Of a stretch of DNA of 64,000 bases, positions 55,799-64,000 are shown piece by piece; position 1 is the first letter of the stretch; each line of letters starts with the position of its first letter. The notes under the pieces were generated by a model. The model saw only the letters and a list, made by a program, of their open reading frames with translations, searched no databases and was not told where the DNA came from. The DNA lies in IMG/VR virus record IMGVR_UViG_3300026488_000015, positions 32,001-96,000 of that record, one strand, 5' to 3'. The translations under genes and the position numbers were made by a program. The DNA is from a virus.

Positions 55799-55823
55799 TT
55801 TATTCCTTAATTTTTAATATAAT

Positions 55824-55845
55824 ATTATAACATAAAGTAGCTTAA
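55824..55845 (-). promoter_or_regulatory. Early-type promoter
   Basis: TTAAG CTACTT TATGTTATAAT. Confidence 0.75.
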
Positions 55846-55848
55846 TGG

Positions 55849-56406
55849 CTACTTTATTTCCGAAAGAATGACTTCATTTACTTTTTTATTGTACTCTGAA
55901 TCAGTCTTGTAGTGTTTTGCTACTATAAATCCATTATAACGGTGTTCTGTCGTGATAGTAAATTTTGAAACATCAGTCATCTTAGCTAATCGTTGTGCTT
56001 CTCCTTTAGGGAAGAAAAAGGTAACAGTTTTATTGCCATCGATTACTGCATCCATATGATACTGTGAACCCATCTGATACACTTTTACTTTTGTTGGTGT
56101 ATGTACTTCTGTGTAATGCTCAAAAATAAAGATTCTAGGAAATAGATAGAATGCTATAGTAAGCACAACAAATGCTATAGATTGCATCATCAATGCTAAA
56201 GCCATATTCGCCTGTTCATCTGTTATATCAAGCATTTGAGCAAAGATAAAGAAAAATGTAGCAAATACCCAAAACACTAAATTAAATCCAATTACACTTA
56301 ACCAGATACTATACGAATCACCTAAATAAATGTATATACCAAGACCTACGAACCATATCAACGGGTACAGACCAAATCTGTATAAATTTTCTATATTTGT
56401 TTTCAT
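55849..56406 (-). CDS. Membrane protein
   Basis: Three N-terminal hydrophobic segments. Confidence 0.65.
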   Translation of the reverse strand: MKTNIENLYRFGLYPLIWFVGLGIYIYLGDSYSIWLSVIGFNLVFWVFATFFFIFAQMLDITDEQANMALALMMQSIAFVVLTIAFYLFPRIFIFEHYTEVHTPTKVKVYQMGSQYHMDAVIDGNKTVTFFFPKGEAQRLAKMTDVSKFTITTEHRYNGFIVAKHYKTDSEYNKKVNEVILSEIK

Positions 56407-56516
56407 CTTCTTCCTTTCTTCCTTTTTGTATTAGCCAATCCACAGAAGCTATTTGCTTCAATAACTATTAAGAGTATCATTAATCCAGTAAATATCGAAC
56501 CTTCTAATAATGACAT
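56403..56516 (-). CDS. 37-aa membrane micro-protein (not in ORF track)
   Basis: MSLLEGSIFTGLMILLIVIEANSFCGLANTKRKKGRR; fills the gap exactly with an ATGA overlap. Confidence 0.5.
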   Translation of the reverse strand: MSLLEGSIFTGLMILLIVIEANSFCGLANTKRKKGRR

Positions 56517-56714
56517 TTAGTGCTCTCTTATTTCGAAACCAGGGTTAATGACTCTCATTGCATCTTGTAAGTTATCCAGGATTGCTGCTTTTTTATTAAC
56601 TTCTGTTACTAAGGCCAAATCTCTTGGTGAACTGAAACCGTCTTCAGGTACCATATTTTTAATCTCGTGATATAGTTCATTAATCAATCTATAAAGTCGT
56701 TGTTCTGTATCCAT
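56517..56714 (-). CDS. Hypothetical protein
   Basis: SD AAGGA; early promoter at 56742. Confidence 0.6.
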   Translation of the reverse strand: MDTEQRLYRLINELYHEIKNMVPEDGFSSPRDLALVTEVNKKAAILDNLQDAMRVINPGFEIREH

Positions 56715-56770
56715 CTTTCTATCCTTTGTTTGATATGTAGTATTATAACATAAAATACCTTATAGATACC

Positions 56771-57097
56771 TTAAAGTACTAAATGTGGATTTTCTTTATA
56801 ATAATCTCTTATGTCAAAAGAGAACTCATTCTTAAAGAAATCCTGAAATTCTGGTAGATATTCAGAATATTCATCAAAATATCTATCCGTAAATATTTCT
56901 TGGAATGCCTTCGACATTTCGGTAATAGGACCAGTACCACCAATATCCATTAATTCTATTCTCGAATACCATAGCGAATAGAACCTATTCAATGAAGGAG
57001 ATACAATCAGTTCAAAATCAGGAACATCTGAAACATCATTAGCAAAACATTCTTGTATTAATTTATCGGTCTCTTTTGTTTTGCCTTTAAGAATCAT
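56771..57097 (-). CDS. Hypothetical protein
   Basis: ORF in operon; ends NPHLVL. Confidence 0.55.
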   Translation of the reverse strand: MILKGKTKETDKLIQECFANDVSDVPDFELIVSPSLNRFYSLWYSRIELMDIGGTGPITEMSKAFQEIFTDRYFDEYSEYLPEFQDFFKNEFSFDIRDYYKENPHLVL

Positions 57098-57103
57098 TAC
57101 ATT

Positions 57104-57355
57104 CTACGCTACAAATGGATTAGATAGGCTTATAGCATTCTCTGTTTGAAAATAGTATGAAATATCTCCGACTACAATACCCGCTAAAAATATCATTATG
57201 ATTGCTTGGACGATGACACCACCAACACCAGTCCCATCTTGTTTAAATATCATAAATACAGCAATAACGAATAAAGCTAACTGTGCTGCTAATACAAACT
57301 GTGTTCCCACTATAATTCCCGCCACAAAAACCCCTATCGTAAGTATGAATTCCAT
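57104..57355 (-). CDS. Small membrane protein
   Basis: 2-3 hydrophobic helices. Confidence 0.6.
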   Translation of the reverse strand: MEFILTIGVFVAGIIVGTQFVLAAQLALFVIAVFMIFKQDGTGVGGVIVQAIIMIFLAGIVVGDISYYFQTENAISLSNPFVA

Positions 57356-58515
57356 TATAGACCCTCTACGAATTCTTTTGCTTTACCTAAAGAGTTGGTT
57401 TGTTTTTCGATGTGCTCTTTAACCATTTTACCCGCAGTTTGTTCTACATCACGAAATGATGTGTTAAGTGACTTCATAACACCACCAAATAATGGTTCGT
57501 TTCTATATTTTAAAGCGAATTCTTTTCTGTTTTCATCAAAATCTTGGAAATACTTTCTTCTTAGTTCTTTAAAAGCAACCACTTGATGATTATAATAATG
57601 AGAAACTTTTTCTTCCATTTCAATAATCATATCTTTTTTAGGACCTTGTACTAATTGAGCTATAACATCATCGATATTACCATCTAAGATAGTCTTCACT
57701 AAAAGATTCTCTCTAAATGCATCAGGACCAACTAAACCGTGTAATTGGATATAGTGGTCTGTTTTGATTTTTGCCATTTGACCATCTTCAAAAGTAACTA
57801 CCCAACCTTCGATGTTTGCTTGTGAAGTTTCTTTGAGTCTTAATAAACCATCGAGTGCTAGATTTTCATTTGGGAAGATTTTAAAGTCTTCAGTCACATT
57901 AATATTGAAAATATCAGCTAAAGATTTCATTTCTAATTTCTCTAAATAACTTCCATCATTTCTTCTAACTTGTAGTAGTGTCAAAGCATTAGCTACTTCA
58001 TAATTTAGTACAATTTGATTTTCAAATCCAACTAATTCAAAGATTGGAGTAAAATCTCTAATATTACATTCAGTAATAAAATGTTGGAATTCTCTGCTAG
58101 TATCATAGATATTTTGTGCCATTACAGCTTGTTCTGAAATAAATGACATTTTAGATTTAGCTCTAACTTTGCTATTCGGGAACTCAACAAAAGAGATAAC
58201 TGAACCGTCTTCTTTATTTTGTACACGAGCAACTTTCTTACCTTGTAAATCTTCTGGCATCCACCCTAAAGTTTGACCATAATTGAAGAATTTTTGCATT
58301 AAAAGATTTCTTTTCCAAGTGCCATCTGGTTGTTCAATGAATGTTAAACCTCTAAGTTCAAATGCTTCATCATTTGCGAAATCAGAAATTGATGCAAGGC
58401 GATAATCATACATTACTACATTAACACCTTCAACTTCTCGTTCTGCTTTAATAAATGCTTCATTACGAGCAACAATTTCATCACATTCTTGTTTTGTTTT
58501 TAAATAAAATTTCAT
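57355..58515 (-). CDS. rnlA: RNA ligase 1 (T4 gp63-like)
   Basis: ELRGL.F, KFFN, KEDGS.I, FELV...NQIV..Y, EGWVV, KIKT..Y..LH. Confidence 0.9.
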   Translation of the reverse strand: MKFYLKTKQECDEIVARNEAFIKAEREVEGVNVVMYDYRLASISDFANDEAFELRGLTFIEQPDGTWKRNLLMQKFFNYGQTLGWMPEDLQGKKVARVQNKEDGSVISFVEFPNSKVRAKSKMSFISEQAVMAQNIYDTSREFQHFITECNIRDFTPIFELVGFENQIVLNYEVANALTLLQVRRNDGSYLEKLEMKSLADIFNINVTEDFKIFPNENLALDGLLRLKETSQANIEGWVVTFEDGQMAKIKTDHYIQLHGLVGPDAFRENLLVKTILDGNIDDVIAQLVQGPKKDMIIEMEEKVSHYYNHQVVAFKELRRKYFQDFDENRKEFALKYRNEPLFGGVMKSLNTSFRDVEQTAGKMVKEHIEKQTNSLGKAKEFVEGL

Positions 58516-58518
58516 TTC

Positions 58519-58833
58519 TTATCCTTCTTTTGTTCGTATGATATAATCATCTTGAATTATTTTAGTAAATTCTTTAATAGCTTTAATTTCTTTCTTGTAT
58601 GGTATAGTGTTATTCAAATCTATCATAACATCTTTAAGCGAAATTAGCAGATTTGTTTTGGTTGTTATTTGTTTATTACAAATTCTATCCATATTACTAT
58701 AAATTTTGAAGCATTCTATTATAAAGGCCTCAATATTATCAGCACTTCTAAAAGACTTATCAGTTAAATTAAGTTTATTCTTTATAGTGTTAAACAATAA
58801 TTGGCTTTCGCAGAATGAAGAGAAATTATTCAT
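58519..58833 (-). CDS. Hypothetical protein
   Basis: ORF in operon; MNNFSSFCE start resembles the leaders at 48-54 kb. Confidence 0.5.
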   Translation of the reverse strand: MNNFSSFCESQLLFNTIKNKLNLTDKSFRSADNIEAFIIECFKIYSNMDRICNKQITTKTNLLISLKDVMIDLNNTIPYKKEIKAIKEFTKIIQDDYIIRTKEG

Positions 58834-59056
58834 CTAGTATCCCTTCTTTGACTAATGCATCTAATTCTTTTCTTAAATTAGGCATCAATCTTTTCATCTT
58901 TCTAATATTTTCTGCGTGTCTTACCGTAGAAAATAATGTACATTCTTTGTCTGAATATTTCTCGTTCAGGCTTTCTTTAAGTTCATTAATTTCTATTAGT
59001 ACATCAGAAAATTCTGAATCTGTTAATGACAATAAATCTTCTTTCGTATAATTCAT
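58826..59056 (-). CDS. Hypothetical protein
   Basis: First gene after early promoter 59085. Confidence 0.55.
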   Translation of the reverse strand: MNYTKEDLLSLTDSEFSDVLIEINELKESLNEKYSDKECTLFSTVRHAENIRKMKRLMPNLRKELDALVKEGILDE

Positions 59057-59113
59057 TTCTTATCCTTCTCTCTTTATATGTAATATTATAACATAAGTAA
59101 CCTTAAGACCTTC

Positions 59114-59197
59114 TTAATTTCCAGTCCGACCACTCTCAGGTTCTACACCTCTTCTACGAGGCATTTGTTTTGCTATTTGTAATGCTGTTAATTTCAT
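59114..59197 (-). CDS. 27-aa micro-ORF (not in ORF track)
   Basis: MKLTALQIAKQMPRRRGVEPESGRTGN with AAGGA SD; fills the gap before the next promoter. Confidence 0.4.
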   Translation of the reverse strand: MKLTALQIAKQMPRRRGVEPESGRTGN

Positions 59198-59201
59198 TTT
59201 C

Positions 59202-59471
59202 TTATCCTTTATTAGTATAATTGTTCATTTCATTAATGGATTTTTCTACTAAGATTCTTAAATATTTTGTCTTTTGTTCGTAAGCCTCTTTAGGGGAAGT
59301 ACCAAACATATTCCAACGGTCATCGCACTTTAATTGATTGCTTGATGCTTTTATCGTATCTCCGAATTGGTCGATTAGTAAAAAATAACCTCTTAAACCA
59401 CCATCAAAACTTTTAATAACTTCTAATGCTTCTTTTGGATTATCTCTGTGGTAAAATATCTTTTTTAACAT
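59202..59471 (-). CDS. Hypothetical protein
   Basis: Behind early promoter 59502. Confidence 0.55.
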   Translation of the reverse strand: MLKKIFYHRDNPKEALEVIKSFDGGLRGYFLLIDQFGDTIKASSNQLKCDDRWNMFGTSPKEAYEQKTKYLRILVEKSINEMNNYTNKG

Positions 59472-59545
59472 TTTTAGTCCTTATCTCTCTTTATATGTAA
59501 TATTATAACATAAGTAACCTTAAAAGTAGATTAAGATTATATCAT

Positions 59546-60271
59546 TTATGCATACATTTTGATGTGATTGATTACATCTTGATTATTGTATTGACCCATT
59601 TTAAATCTACCTAATGCTGAATTTATTATCTCGACATTCGTTAAAGACTTAAACTCTTCTTTTGTAAGAATTGCTTTAAGCATTCTGAAAACTTTCATAT
59701 CTTTTTTAACAAGACCAAAATGAACCTTCTCACCAAAGATGGCATTCATACACTCATATCTATCTGAATACATATTTTTGATAAGATTCAATCTTTTTTC
59801 AAGTGAGTATTCTTTAATTCTATTAGTCATCTTTTTACTAATATCAGCATTAACCTCGACAATAACTGGTGAAGTTTTATAAGAAGTGTTCATAGGTTTT
59901 AAATTAAGAGGTGTAGCAACAAGTGTATGTGCTAATTTAGATAATCTGTCAGCATCTTCATTGAACTCTCTAGGAATCCAATTCAATGTGATGTTAAGAC
60001 CTTTTGCTAATGTAGATGAAACACCTTTAGCAGCAACACCTCTATTATCTGTGAATAAATGAGCAGATTCAATATTTCTATCTCTCATATATGTAAGAGT
60101 CTTTACTAATGCCATCGTTTCCATAAGTTCTGAATTATTTTGTGCTTTCGTTTTGTAAGGTAATTCATATCTGATATAGATTTCTTCTTTCGTGTCAAAG
60201 TTATAGATACCTATACCACAAAAACCTTCGTGGTAACTAGCATCGAAACAGATTTTAGTTTGAGTACTCAT
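59546..60271 (-). CDS. RNase HI-like domain protein
   Basis: FDAS....GIGI, NNSELME..AL, FTDN, WIPREFNEDADRLS. Confidence 0.75.
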   Translation of the reverse strand: MSTQTKICFDASYHEGFCGIGIYNFDTKEEIYIRYELPYKTKAQNNSELMETMALVKTLTYMRDRNIESAHLFTDNRGVAAKGVSSTLAKGLNITLNWIPREFNEDADRLSKLAHTLVATPLNLKPMNTSYKTSPVIVEVNADISKKMTNRIKEYSLEKRLNLIKNMYSDRYECMNAIFGEKVHFGLVKKDMKVFRMLKAILTKEEFKSLTNVEIINSALGRFKMGQYNNQDVINHIKMYA

Positions 60272-60331
60272 TTTAAATTCCTTTTGTCTCTTTATATGTA
60301 ATATTATAACATAAAGAACCTTAGAGCTTTA

Positions 60332-60844
60332 TTAAGAGATTACGGTAACATTTTTCTGTGATTTATATTTTAGTAGTGCTTCGATTATTAGAGGGCTTTT
60401 CTTTGGGTTGATGGATACATTAGTTCTATCTAAAATTAGCACATTATTAACAAAATGAATAATTTCATCAAAGAATACTAGTGAATCAGAACCTAGAGTC
60501 AAATATCTACCTTCTTGGTCAATCTTGAGGTATTCGTATCCTAATGGTAACGATTCTAAAATCTCATCGAATTTTGGGTAGTTTAAGTGGTCTTTAAGAC
60601 CTAATACTAATTCTTTGATATTATCTGGTATCTCGTGTTGCACTTCAAAAGGTTCAACCCAAGAGGTGCTCTTATTATATTTCGCGTGGTCACCGTGTGG
60701 TTTGCCTGTGTATAGAAAGAACCCTTTATGACCAGAGCCGTTTTTTTCTGTTCTAAGAATCCACGAATCGTATTCTTCTAAGTACATAACGGCTACATCT
60801 TCCATTGTAAGAGGGAATGCTATGTTATTTGTGTTTACTTCCAT
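60332..60844 (-). CDS. Hypothetical protein
   Basis: ORF in early operon. Confidence 0.55.
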   Translation of the reverse strand: MEVNTNNIAFPLTMEDVAVMYLEEYDSWILRTEKNGSGHKGFFLYTGKPHGDHAKYNKSTSWVEPFEVQHEIPDNIKELVLGLKDHLNYPKFDEILESLPLGYEYLKIDQEGRYLTLGSDSLVFFDEIIHFVNNVLILDRTNVSINPKKSPLIIEALLKYKSQKNVTVIS

Positions 60845-61071
60845 TAGTACACCCCATTTTCTAATTTAATAAGAGGACCTTTGATATTGTATATTTCTAT
60901 ATGAGGCATCTTATCATATTTCCCATTTAGTAGCTCCTTATAATAAATATAAGCTTCTTCAGAATCTAAAAAACATCCTAGTTCTTGATTATTCCGACCA
61001 TCATAAACCCTATACATATTATAAGCTTCTATATCGATTGACATCTGCTCGTAAAATTCTTTGTAACCCAT
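60844..61071 (-). CDS. Hypothetical protein
   Basis: ORF with AAGGA SD. Confidence 0.55.
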   Translation of the reverse strand: MGYKEFYEQMSIDIEAYNMYRVYDGRNNQELGCFLDSEEAYIYYKELLNGKYDKMPHIEIYNIKGPLIKLENGVY

Positions 61072-61129
61072 AATTATCCTTTGTTCTCTGTGAAGCTAGT
61101 AAGCTAATATACCCAGCGTGAGGCTATGA

Positions 61130-61339
61130 CTAAGGCTCGTTTCCAGAATCTCGTTCATATCGTAATAAAATATCTGTCTCTATCTCTTTAAGCTTCTCAG
61201 CAATATCGTAATAGCATTCAGAATAGCAATCTTCACATAAATGTAAGTGAGTACCATATTTGTCGTGTTGTTCATTTAATGAAGCTGTAAGGTGGTGTTC
61301 ACCAACCCCTCCACATAAATCGCATTGTAAATCTTTCAT
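61130..61339 (-). CDS. Small Zn-finger-like protein
   Basis: CDLC...HLCEDC. Confidence 0.55.
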   Translation of the reverse strand: MKDLQCDLCGGVGEHHLTASLNEQHDKYGTHLHLCEDCYSECYYDIAEKLKEIETDILLRYERDSGNEP

Positions 61340-61596
61340 TGATTAACCTTTCTAAGCTTCTGTACTTTTTCCCATCGTTCAAAATCTTCTGAATCTAAAG
61401 CCATCGGGTCTTTTTCTTGTACTTTTATTCCAAAATGTCTAGGTTGAAATTGAGCACCTGACATAATAATGGCAACTATAATAGTCCACTCACTCCAACC
61501 TAGAATGATTATGAGGTACAGAAATATACCCCAAATCATTCCTTCATAAAGCACTGTGTACAATAAGAAGTAAAATAATCTAGTTGAGTCTTTCAT
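61336..61596 (-). CDS. Small membrane protein
   Basis: Two hydrophobic helices. Confidence 0.55.
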   Translation of the reverse strand: MKDSTRLFYFLLYTVLYEGMIWGIFLYLIIILGWSEWTIIVAIIMSGAQFQPRHFGIKVQEKDPMALDSEDFERWEKVQKLRKVNQ

Positions 61597-62105
61597 TAGA
61601 GGTCCTCCAAAATATTATCTACATTTGCAAAGAATACGGTGTTATAAGAACCATCGTATCCCTCGAATGTAACATAAGATGTACTATCTTCTATTTCAAT
61701 GTCTTCAATGGTTAAAACGCAACCTAACGAAAACTGCTCTTTCATTCTTTTTTGGTCGTTTGCGTAACCATTATTAGGGAATGCAAAGACTACCCTACTA
61801 CCCGCTTCAGAATATATATCCATCACGGGTCTAGTACCTATAATAGTGTTTGGTATTTTGTCTTCTATTGTGACTTCATCAACGGGGTCAAACGAAATAT
61901 TCAGCTGTACCCGAGTACCAACCATATCCACTTCATAAATATCTAACTCATTTAATCTTGATTCTGCTTGGGCAATAATAATTTCTTTTCTCGTATGTAG
62001 TCTAGCTCTACTAATGTTAGCACCGAACTCGGTGCTGCTGTTAATATACGATACCAAATAAGGGTAATTATTCTCGCCCTTTTTCTTTAAATAGTAGTTT
62101 TTCAT
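61596..62105 (-). CDS. Hypothetical protein
   Basis: ORF with SD; C-terminal YNTVFF. Confidence 0.55.
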   Translation of the reverse strand: MKNYYLKKKGENNYPYLVSYINSSTEFGANISRARLHTRKEIIIAQAESRLNELDIYEVDMVGTRVQLNISFDPVDEVTIEDKIPNTIIGTRPVMDIYSEAGSRVVFAFPNNGYANDQKRMKEQFSLGCVLTIEDIEIEDSTSYVTFEGYDGSYNTVFFANVDNILEDL

Positions 62106-62113
62106 AGTTTTCC

Positions 62114-62425
62114 TTATACAAAAAATGCCATCTGAAGAGCCAGAAGCTCATCACTGGTTAATGGTTTAATATTGCTCTTTGTACCTTTACTGAATACATA
62201 AACAGAATTCCTAGTACTGATAGAAATCTCGTAATAGTGGCGTGAAACTTCGTTGTACTCTATTTTTTCTATTGTAGATGTACTATATCTACCGTGTCGC
62301 AAATCAAAATTGCAATCAGTAGCATCGAATGTAAAACTAGCAGTCATATCGATATGTAATTTACATTCTTTACCTACGATTTCATCAGCATTAGAATTTG
62401 TTGTGCTTAGTAATGTTGTGGTCAT
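62114..62425 (-). CDS. Hypothetical protein
   Basis: TS.I..I...ISTRNSVY.F motif common in small phage proteins; early promoter 62454. Confidence 0.55.
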   Translation of the reverse strand: MTTTLLSTTNSNADEIVGKECKLHIDMTASFTFDATDCNFDLRHGRYSTSTIEKIEYNEVSRHYYEISISTRNSVYVFSKGTKSNIKPLTSDELLALQMAFFV

Positions 62426-62484
62426 TATTTTTCCTTTTCTCTTTATATGTAATATTATAACACAAAGTAGCTTAAACCTTCTTT

Positions 62485-62676
62485 TTAAGTATCATTTGGT
62501 TCTCTCCAAGTGCCAAAATTATATGTCTCACCATTAAATGGCTTCCATAAATCAAAATATAGTATTTTTGTTTGTGTTTTATTCCAACATCTGATTTGTG
62601 TATCGGTGTGCTCGATAAACTCTCTTATCTGATAATGAGTTTTATGCCATTCATTTTTTCTAACAAATATTAACAT
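62485..62676 (-). CDS. Hypothetical protein
   Basis: Behind promoter block 62691-62716. Confidence 0.5.
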   Translation of the reverse strand: MLIFVRKNEWHKTHYQIREFIEHTDTQIRCWNKTQTKILYFDLWKPFNGETYNFGTWREPNDT

Positions 62677-62735
62677 TATAATTCCTTTTCTCTCTTTATA
62701 TGTAATATTATAACATACTAAAGATAAGAGCCACC

Positions 62736-63551
62736 TTAAAGCAACATTGCTGGTGCTTTCTTACAAACTCGGTCAAAATCAAGATTGATAACATCTTTAA
62801 TCTTATCTATATAATTCAAGCCCATTTTCTCAAAAGATACTAATAGATTGCTTAGATATTTTTGTCTGAATGCTAGTGCTGATATTCTATCTGTAAAAAT
62901 ATAAACAGGCTGTCTATAATTTATTTTTGAAGAAGGTGTGGATAACGATATTGTTTCTTTACCTGATTCAGTAAATACTTTTAATGCCGTTACTGAATCG
63001 GATTGACCTTGAATAAACGAACCAGTAGCCTTATATACATCAAAACGCCATTCTGAAGGAACGGAGAGTGAGTTCCATTTATATATAGCACCAGGCATAA
63101 CATAATATGTTTCGCCTCTTTTAACATCATCGAAGATATTTTCTACCATATTTTCTGCATCTTTAAATAATGAATAATCATAACCAATATTCAGCGTCTT
63201 AAAAAGATGTCTAGGTATATCAAAGACCGTAGTTATTTCTGTGTTTTCTTTCATCTTATCTTTCATATACATTTCATCTTCTGTGGTGCTAATTTTATAT
63301 TGTTTCTTTAATTGTATAATACGATTCATTTGACCTACACTAGAAGTGTGGTTAATATGAATGAATAGTTCAATGAACTTCTTCCATTCAGATGTCTTAG
63401 CAGTGAGCTTTGGTGTCCTAGGTTTCGAACCTAAAGGGTACATTCTAAAACCACAACATTCAGCCCCACCTTTATTTGATTTGAGACAATACAAACATAT
63501 AGATTTACTATGTGATGCTTTAGGTTTTCTCAATTCTTCTCTATATTTCAT
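62736..63551 (-). CDS. Hypothetical protein with N-terminal Zn-binding motif
   Basis: CLYC...ECCG..M..LG..PR.PK. Confidence 0.6.
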   Translation of the reverse strand: MKYREELRKPKASHSKSICLYCLKSNKGGAECCGFRMYPLGSKPRTPKLTAKTSEWKKFIELFIHINHTSSVGQMNRIIQLKKQYKISTTEDEMYMKDKMKENTEITTVFDIPRHLFKTLNIGYDYSLFKDAENMVENIFDDVKRGETYYVMPGAIYKWNSLSVPSEWRFDVYKATGSFIQGQSDSVTALKVFTESGKETISLSTPSSKINYRQPVYIFTDRISALAFRQKYLSNLLVSFEKMGLNYIDKIKDVINLDFDRVCKKAPAMLL

Positions 63552-63566
63552 TTCTTAATCCTTATT

Positions 63567-63776
63567 TTAACAGCTTCCCCACCTAAAAGATTGTAATGCT
63601 GTCTCTCCACAGTCTTCACCAACAAAGAAACCAAATTCTTCTAACAAATCTATATCTTCTTCAGATACTTCCTCTGGTTCTACACCACAAATACATAAAA
63701 TATCGTGTGCACAAAATGTTCTAAAATCGTGATTATATTTCTCTATAATCATAAGTGCTTTTATTAAATCGTTCAT
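63567..63776 (-). CDS. Hypothetical protein
   Basis: CAHD.L, L..FGF pattern; SD AAGGA. Confidence 0.55.
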   Translation of the reverse strand: MNDLIKALMIIEKYNHDFRTFCAHDILCICGVEPEEVSEEDIDLLEEFGFFVGEDCGETALQSFRWGSC

Positions 63777-63786
63777 TTATATCCTT

Positions 63787-63999
63787 TTAACAGCGCATTA
63801 AACCATTGGCATTAAGATAGTCCACTATACATTTATAATGGAAACCTACATATTTTCCATTGTAAGTGACGGCACTACCAGAAACACCTTGAGTGTACAT
63901 AAAAGTTTTTTGTGTGTCTTCTTTCTCTTCGTAAGAGATTCCTTCTTCATCGAGAATAGCTTTGATTACTGTATTTCTATTCTCGTAGCCTTTGGCGTA
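63787..63999 (-). CDS. Glutaredoxin-fold-like protein (partial, start beyond window)
   Basis: Manual translation ...IKAILDEEGISYEEK...VTYNGKYVGFH...LMRC*; no CxxC visible. Confidence 0.35.
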   Translation of the reverse strand, partial: YAKGYENRNTVIKAILDEEGISYEEKEDTQKTFMYTQGVSGSAVTYNGKYVGFHYKCIVDYLNANGLMRC

Positions 64000-64000
64000 A

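Larger units (their letters stand above)
59068..62716 (-). repeat. Five dispersed copies of a promoter-leader block TRTGTTATAATATTACATATAAAGAG
   Basis: Near-identical ~26-bp block at about 59070, 59487, 60288, 62439 and 62691, each followed by AAGGA and an ATG. Confidence 0.85.

Noticed and set aside
59114-59170. GC-richer patch as a tRNA
   Set aside because: No T-arm GTTC/cloverleaf visible; better explained by a micro-ORF
59546-60271. RNase H-like gene as a sign of a retroelement or DGR
   Set aside because: No reverse transcriptase motifs in the window; fibre repeats are in-frame domain duplications, not adenine-specific TR/VR pairs
59068-62716. Dispersed ~26-bp repeats as a CRISPR array
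   Set aside because: Spacing is 400-2100 bp with genes between; they are promoter/leader blocks and no cas genes are present
49-63558. Numerous plus-strand ORFs (e.g. 31391-32176, 34367-35131, 35420-36127) and short alternate-frame minus ORFs
   Set aside because: Antisense or frame shadows of well-supported genes, Ser/Leu/Phe-rich and without SD; only 50281-50862 is credible
1-64000. Stop-codon reassignment
   Set aside because: Core genes are full length and tile densely under the standard code; TAA, TAG and TGA all serve as stops

Overview
64 kb of an AT-rich, T4-like (Tevenvirinae/Eucampyvirinae-like) myophage genome, read with the standard genetic code and almost entirely on the minus strand. 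From left to right: (1) 1-5.4 kb: an accessory operon of two radical SAM/SPASM enzymes, a Cys-rich 166-aa candidate substrate and at least three paralogous GT-B-like proteins; (2) 5.5-45.4 kb: the tail module (giant mosaic fibre, FG-GAP protein, gp7/gp6/gp25/gp5/gp27/gp53/two gp48-like, tape-measure-like protein with an M15 peptidase, two gp26-like, sheath gp18, six tandem gp19-like tube paralogs, gp15); (3) terminase small and large subunits with an ankyrin gene between them; (4) 48.7-54.7 kb: about 11 small genes with a T4 capsid-targeting-like N-terminus, including an Acb1 anti-CBASS homolog, interspersed with an SNase nuclease and an M15 endolysin; (5) 54.7-64 kb: early small genes (RNA ligase 1, RNase H-like, GGCT) behind repeated TTAAG-N6-TATGTTATAAT promoters. 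T4-type late promoters (TATAAATA) precede the structural genes, often inside RBS-occluding hairpins. Promoter and SD style plus the radical SAM and multi-gp19 content suggest a Campylobacterota-type host (inference). Best candidates for new biology: the rSAM/Cys-rich/GT operon next to the fibre genes, a ~60-aa module inserted into several unrelated tail proteins, and the putative injected-protein array containing Acb1. All family assignments come from motif recognition by eye; no searches were run.
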